64,000 nt of DNA from Pachysolen tannophilus NRRL Y-2460 (Eukaryota). Each line of letters opens with the position of its first letter. Position 1 is the stretch's first letter. The position numbers and the translations under genes were made by a program. Positions 58,287 through 64,000 of this stretch are shown piece after piece. The DNA lies in assembly GCA_001661245.1 (NCBI GenBank), contig KV454014.1, positions 698,954 through 762,953 of the forward strand. The letters run 5' to 3'. Below the pieces are notes generated by a model. The model had not been told where the DNA came from. It saw only the letters and a program-made list of their open reading frames with translations, and did no database searches.

Positions 58287-58938
58287 GATTACTAACTATG
58301 ATAGCTCTTATTTCAAGAACTAATAATTCAAATTCAATAATATATTAAAAACATATAGATGATTAGATTATTATATATTTATATATTCCGCTTGAAATAA
58401 GAAGTTAACTCTTTTCCAGCTGAATTCGGTAATATTCCGAATTAGGAAGTTGTCTTTTTAGATAGCATTTTATTCAGTCATCGGAACAGTTGAGATTGAT
58501 TCCTTTGATTTGCAAAATGATGATGAGTTTGGAGAAGGTGTAGTGTTATGATGTAGTTGTGAGTTTTGAGTGGAGTAAGAAGAAAAGAAGAAGAAAAAGT
58601 GGGTTTTACATATCAATTTCTAAAAATCATTTTAAATATAAACCAATCTTTCAATGGGTTCATATAATTATTGTGCTATTATAATAGATGAGCTTTTCTA
58701 CAAGATTCGACATGTCAATTGAAGAATCAAGTCTTTGGATTAAATAAGTATCATTGTCATATCTATTAAATTTTCTTTTGGTAATGGTAAATCATTCTTT
58801 AATTTTTTCAAGTATAAATATATATATATTTAATGGAAAAAGAATAGTACAAAGATGGCATAATTATAAATATATTTTAAGCAATAATTGGAATTAAACA
58901 AGCAATAAAAACTTTCATAAAACTTTATTTATTTTCAT

Positions 58939-59307
58939 TTAATCTTTCTTAGTTCCCACTTTACTATTTTTTGAATTTTCAAAATAATTGTATTGAATAT
59001 ATCTATAACCTTGACCCAACTGAGCAATCTCATTAACAAAATGACATCCAAATAACAAATAATTGACAGGAGAAACTGCTAGAGAATATTTCATGAAAAC
59101 CGCACTATAAAGAATCAAAGAACCAGTCATTGGACCACTGATAACTTCTGGAGATTTATTTTTCAAATCAAGTATAGCTGCAATAGGAATACCAAAATTC
59201 GAAACTGGTCCCCAAAAATGGGTTGTGAAAACATATTTTAAATTATCCTTATTGAAAATAGTATCCCACTTTATTAACTTTGAAACTTTTGGCTGTATAT
59301 TCGACAT
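58939..59307 (-). CDS. MPC1: Mitochondrial pyruvate carrier subunit 1
   Basis: TTHFWGPVSNFGIPIAAI.D, ISGPMT and NYLLFGCH. Confidence 0.93.
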   Translation of the reverse strand: MSNIQPKVSKLIKWDTIFNKDNLKYVFTTHFWGPVSNFGIPIAAILDLKNKSPEVISGPMTGSLILYSAVFMKYSLAVSPVNYLLFGCHFVNEIAQLGQGYRYIQYNYFENSKNSKVGTKKD

Positions 59308-59718
59308 CTCTTAGACTTTAATTCTTATTATTATTCAAAAAAATAAAAGAAGAAGAAAAAAAAAAATTTCAATAATTATTTTATTTTAGCAATGGAATTT
59401 TCAATTTACCGTAAATCGCAAGTAATTGAAAAATTGAAATAATTGAAAAAAAAAATTCACTTTTCATATAAAATCACCAAATATTGAATAAAATGTTTTA
59501 ACAAAATATCTTGAATATTTCAAAAGAGATCAGTACTTTGAATAGAGGTTTTCAATTATAAAAAGATTAAATTTTACCAATCAATTTATCATTTATATTA
59601 CAAAAGGAAAATTTATTCTCTTCAACTTCTATTTCTACCCCACAACTAACGGATCTGCAAAGACCGTCAAAATATTTTTTAACTCCATGAAAAAAAAAAA
59701 AAATGAAAAAATAAATAA

Positions 59719-59755
<37 letters not shown>

Positions 59756-61696
59756 TTAATCAAATAAACCTTTTACTCTATAAATATTTTGTGTTGGACC
59801 TAATTCTTCTTTTTCTTGGTTTATATCCTCATTTCTATCATTAACATTCAATAAATTCAGTTTTCTTTTCTTGGTGTATTCGCTAAATACATCATTTTGT
59901 TGATTTATTTTTTTAAACTCTTCTGTTCTCTTTTTAATAAAATTTGTAGCTACTTGATCTTGATTATTATCATTCCATAATATAGATTGACCTTCACCAT
60001 TTCTTGTAGAATATTCATGTGGTCGTAATGGAAGTTCAGATGACAATATTTCATTGTTTTTACCTGGTAAAATATTAGATAGTTGAAATTTTCTCTTGTT
60101 CCCGTTTAATGTTGGATTTTTTAACTGAGTGGAAGTGGATGTGAAATTAGAAGTGACAGCATTATTATTATTGTTATTGTTAATTTCAATACCTGAATTC
60201 TGTGGAAACTCATTATCGTGGATATCAGTAGGCAAAGAGTCATCTTGTTCAGGAACAAATAACGAATTCTGATGTTTTTCATTTGATTCTTTAGAAGTAG
60301 TATTATTAGGTTTATTTGGTTTTTTGAAAAAAGTAGGGAAATTTATATTCTCCTGGTTACTAACTTCGATATCTCCATCTTCGTTATCTATTATATTATC
60401 ATCTTTTAATATTTCAATATTTGGTATTATTAAATCCTTGGTGTTTATACCATTATTCCTATTAGCGGTAGAAGACGAATCTCTAGTTGTAATATTCTCA
60501 CCTTCTTGTTGAGCATTCATATTATCACTTTCAGAATCAGTTAATAAAATTAATTCAATTTTAAATAACTCTAAACCTTCATTAACATTATCTATAGTGT
60601 TGGAAATATTCTTTTCATTAAAAGTATTGTCAGAAACTTCACATCTTTTAGTAAATAAAATTGGATATCCTGGGTTATTAAGTAAAATTTCAACAAAGTT
60701 TAAACATTGTTGTCTCTGTTGTTGATGATTGAAAAATTGACTACCATCTCTTTGAAACCCAAATTGATTTTTCTTTTTACCCATAAATGAAGAATTATTT
60801 ATTGAATTCACCAAATTTATAAATGTCTTAAAATCTTTCAATCTATAGACAATATTTAATCTTTCATTTAGGTTATTATCTTCTAATGCCAATGCATCTT
60901 CATCCACAATATTATCTCCAAGTAAATCGTCCAAACTTACACCAATTGTTAGTGACATTGGTTGTTTCAAAACTTGAGATTCTTTATTTGTATTTAAATT
61001 TTTACCTTTAATTATCGTTGTAGAAGAAGTTGTTAATAATTGTTGTTTATTGAATCCAATTAAATTTAATTTCCTTTGTTTCAATAGTATTTCAATTTTA
61101 AAATCTTCAATAGTAGATGGGAACATATCCAAGAAATTTTTCAAAATTAAAGATTCAATCATCAAATAATGGATTCTATCTGAATAATTACCAACTTTAT
61201 TATCATTTTTATTCTGATCAATATATAATTTTTTATATATTTTATCAATTTTCAAATCAAAATTATTTTTACACCTAACAAAATTTAATGAGTATTGTTT
61301 TTGTAAATGATTCTTTAAGCTAATTTGTATAAATATCTTATTACGTGATCTATTTATACCATTTCTCATTGTTGATTCGTTTATCGTAAATTTGAAAAAA
61401 TCAACATGACCATCATTACTCGAAGATGATATCTTATAACTTCTAAACAAAATCGATAATTGCCTTGAATTAATTAAAAACGTAAGCTCTTTCTCCAACT
61501 TGTAAGAATCAAAAAACTTTGAAGCGCTAAATGAAATATTTAACAATGTTGTCTTGGATAAATTAATTGAAGATATCTTAAGGTGATCAGCATTGATATT
61601 AAATTTTATAGTATCAGACACCGTAGATAAAGAATAGATTGCCTTGGTCCATAATAATTGATTCTCTGATGAATTTATAGTCGCTTGGAATGACAT
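59756..61696 (-). CDS. DDC1: 9-1-1 checkpoint clamp subunit (Rad9/Ddc1)
   Basis: MSFQATI..LW.KAIY.LS.VSD.IKF, SINLSKT, FFDSY, LKDFK.F and PG.PILF; disordered tail ending ELGPTQ...VKGLFD. Confidence 0.85.
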   Translation of the reverse strand: MSFQATINSSENQLLWTKAIYSLSTVSDTIKFNINADHLKISSINLSKTTLLNISFSASKFFDSYKLEKELTFLINSRQLSILFRSYKISSSSNDGHVDFFKFTINESTMRNGINRSRNKIFIQISLKNHLQKQYSLNFVRCKNNFDLKIDKIYKKLYIDQNKNDNKVGNYSDRIHYLMIESLILKNFLDMFPSTIEDFKIEILLKQRKLNLIGFNKQQLLTTSSTTIIKGKNLNTNKESQVLKQPMSLTIGVSLDDLLGDNIVDEDALALEDNNLNERLNIVYRLKDFKTFINLVNSINNSSFMGKKKNQFGFQRDGSQFFNHQQQRQQCLNFVEILLNNPGYPILFTKRCEVSDNTFNEKNISNTIDNVNEGLELFKIELILLTDSESDNMNAQQEGENITTRDSSSTANRNNGINTKDLIIPNIEILKDDNIIDNEDGDIEVSNQENINFPTFFKKPNKPNNTTSKESNEKHQNSLFVPEQDDSLPTDIHDNEFPQNSGIEINNNNNNNAVTSNFTSTSTQLKNPTLNGNKRKFQLSNILPGKNNEILSSELPLRPHEYSTRNGEGQSILWNDNNQDQVATNFIKKRTEEFKKINQQNDVFSEYTKKRKLNLLNVNDRNEDINQEKEELGPTQNIYRVKGLFD

Positions 61697-62119
61697 AACA
61701 CGCTTCTATATCCTATCAACCTCTCAACATTTAAAAATCCAATCTATAATGTTAAATGTTAAAAAGTCTTGATTGATCTCTTCCTTTATTTTTATTATTT
61801 TTTGGTTTTTTGGTTTTTTGGTTTTTTGTTTTTTTTAAAGGTAAACAAACAGACAAGATTAGAACGCCGACATTTACAAGATACTTTTAAATAAAAGCCA
61901 AATAAATAATAACTTTGACAACAAACACTTGATTCATTTACTCATTTCATTGATTACTCGATTAAATTAATGATAGTTATCTATGAACTATACCGTAACT
62001 GAACTATAAAAAAAAAAAAAAAAAGAAAAAAGAAAGAAATGAAGAAAGAAAAAAAGACAAGATAATGTAAGCAATTAAAAAAGTTAAATTTAAAATTGCG
62101 TAATTAAATGACTTTCTCT

Positions 62120-64000
62120 CTATTTATTCATAAGGGTTTCAACACCAATACATATACAATCTTTCTTGATTCTTACGATACCATTATCATCAACATAGAA
62201 TGGATTAATATTAGAATAACCTCCAAAACTAATTGGTGATGGACCCCATGTTGGAATAAAGCAAATTTCATTCCAACCACAAGTCTTTGAACATTGGTAA
62301 TAATCAGCCCAATTCAAATCTTCTAAAAATTGGGATAATTCTTTAGAAACAGAAACAATTTGTTCATGAAGGCTTGCCGAAAGTAATTTATTTTGTCTTT
62401 CAGAATCATCATATTTTGGAAGGTATTCAATATCTAATAAATTTTTTGCTAAATCAAAACAAGTTTGTAATTGGGTTATTATCTTTGATTGAACATTTGA
62501 GATTGCAACCCAAATTAAGAAATCAGCATCCGTCTTTAAAGTGGTATCATATGGATGAACATAATCCCATAACATCATCTTGAACATATCATTTTTCTGT
62601 TCTGTGGAATCAAAATCAAAATGCAGATCTGTATATCTTCTTAATACGTTATAAGTATATGCTGTTGTATTTTTAGCAAGCCTATCAATAATTTGTAATT
62701 GATGTTTAACCGAAGACTCATCAGATAATTCAACTGGTTGATAATCCAGTAAATAAGTTTTCATTGTATTGTTTAAAGTTAATAATATTGGTGCAAATTT
62801 ACCAACAATAAGATCTGTAACTTCTTGCCAATTTGTTGAAAAAGTTGGATCAAAACCAGGACCTGTTAATAAATCATCAAGTTCAGAAAATATAGTTGAT
62901 TTGACATCAGATGTTGCATTCAAGATACGTCTTTGATAAGTATCTGGTGATAAATAAGTTTTATTTAAAAAAGTCACAAATTTAGAATAATCAACTTGAA
63001 TACGTGGATCTCCATCATAAACACGAGCACCTGCTTGATAATGTTCATAGGCTACGGCACCTTGATAAATATCAATTACAGCAGTTCTATTTTTGACCAA
63101 ATTGTCCTCACTAGTTGATTCAACAACTTTAGTATCAATTAATTCTCTAGTTTCTAATCTTTTTGTTTGTGATTTTTCTTCTTCTTCTGCTTCTTCTTCT
63201 GTTAAAGCAGGTTCTTCAGGGAATCCAATATATTGAGTAACATTTGTCATTGTTGTATTTTTAATCAATTTAACTTTATCAAAGAAATCACAAATGATGA
63301 TTTCAAAACCAATTTCTAATCTTATAACACCATCTAATTTTCTTCCATTAGAATTACCCCATTCACAAACATCTTCTGCAATGTTACCATCTCCATGACC
63401 AGTGCCATCCGTACTGTTTTTATTTCCCAGTTCCACCATTATCATTTGGGTATCCATTTCACCTGTACTTGTCTTTGCAGCAGAAGCACCACCTAAATAG
63501 ATTAATTTATCTAAAGGTTGAGTAACTTCAAAAACTAATAATGAAGGTAAGTTACCACCAAACATACCACCATGTTTTCCACCACCTGGTCCACCACCAC
63601 CTGGAGGACTGCCTCCATTATTGCCGCCATTACCAAAATTTGCCTTTCCTGTTCTAGTTATGGTAACACCAGTTTCACCTTCTTTATCAGCATTTGAAGT
63701 TGAAGTTGTAGTATCAGTACTAGTGGTAGATCCAGGTTTTTTATGGAAACCTGGATGATGTCCACGACCTCCTCCTCTATTAAAACCTCTAAAATCGTAA
63801 CTAAATTCCCAATCCATTGCAACCCACTCTGGTCCATCAGGAACTAATCCATCACCATTTGCATGATATAATAACGTACCACTTGGAATATAAGCTGGGA
63901 AAAAACTTACACTAATAGGATTAATATCAGCATTTTTCTGTTTAACAGCATTATAAACTTCATTAAATATAGCTGATGAATTTAAAAAATCTAATTGTGC
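62120..64000 (-). CDS. Conserved fungal protein of unknown function; 5' end outside the window
   Basis: Frame is open to the window edge (…IFNEVYNAVKQ…SFFPAYIPSGTLLYH…PEWVAMDWEFSY), followed by a Gly-rich linker, LIYLGGASAAK, DGVIRLEIGFEII.CDF and a C-terminal C..C...EIC.IP.W. Confidence 0.75.
   Translation of the reverse strand, partial: AQLDFLNSSAIFNEVYNAVKQKNADINPISVSFFPAYIPSGTLLYHANGDGLVPDGPEWVAMDWEFSYDFRGFNRGGGRGHHPGFHKKPGSTTSTDTTTSTSNADKEGETGVTITRTGKANFGNGGNNGGSPPGGGGPGGGKHGGMFGGNLPSLLVFEVTQPLDKLIYLGGASAAKTSTGEMDTQMIMVELGNKNSTDGTGHGDGNIAEDVCEWGNSNGRKLDGVIRLEIGFEIIICDFFDKVKLIKNTTMTNVTQYIGFPEEPALTEEEAEEEEKSQTKRLETRELIDTKVVESTSEDNLVKNRTAVIDIYQGAVAYEHYQAGARVYDGDPRIQVDYSKFVTFLNKTYLSPDTYQRRILNATSDVKSTIFSELDDLLTGPGFDPTFSTNWQEVTDLIVGKFAPILLTLNNTMKTYLLDYQPVELSDESSVKHQLQIIDRLAKNTTAYTYNVLRRYTDLHFDFDSTEQKNDMFKMMLWDYVHPYDTTLKTDADFLIWVAISNVQSKIITQLQTCFDLAKNLLDIEYLPKYDDSERQNKLLSASLHEQIVSVSKELSQFLEDLNWADYYQCSKTCGWNEICFIPTWGPSPISFGGYSNINPFYVDDNGIVRIKKDCICIGVETLMNK

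Noticed and set aside
1..64000. Transposons, LTRs, CRISPR arrays, rDNA
   Set aside because: No gag/pol/transposase ORFs, long terminal repeats, spacer arrays or rRNA-like sequence were seen.

Overview
AT-rich, gene-dense budding-yeast (Saccharomycotina) chromosomal DNA with four N-gaps. It holds about 29 protein genes, including YTA12, SAM50, OSH6/7, ECM9, SPE2, an AGP2-like permease, PCC1, RAT1, ESL1/2, ADE13, DAD3, MID2/MTL1, an aspartyl protease, FRA1, ERG3, CAF16, RIM11, two tandem Zn2Cys6 factors, KXD1, VPS9, MPC1 and DDC1, plus one tRNA-Val(UAC). CTG codons fall at conserved Ala positions, so the organism appears to read CUG as Ala (Pachysolen/Nakazawaea-type code) and the supplied ORF track mistranslates them. 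Several genes have short GTAAGT introns that the track misses. The most interesting unannotated element is the SPE2 (SAM decarboxylase) 5' leader: an intron-split uORF (MPIDKLTFRFNRPAKPR*) whose Pro-x-stop end exists only after splicing, followed by an AUG-free leader with a possible stem. This is a candidate polyamine-responsive translational control system. Also notable are a Zn-cluster gene interrupted by a 1-nt frameshift at an A9 run and several motif clusters. Homology calls come from recalled motifs, not database searches.
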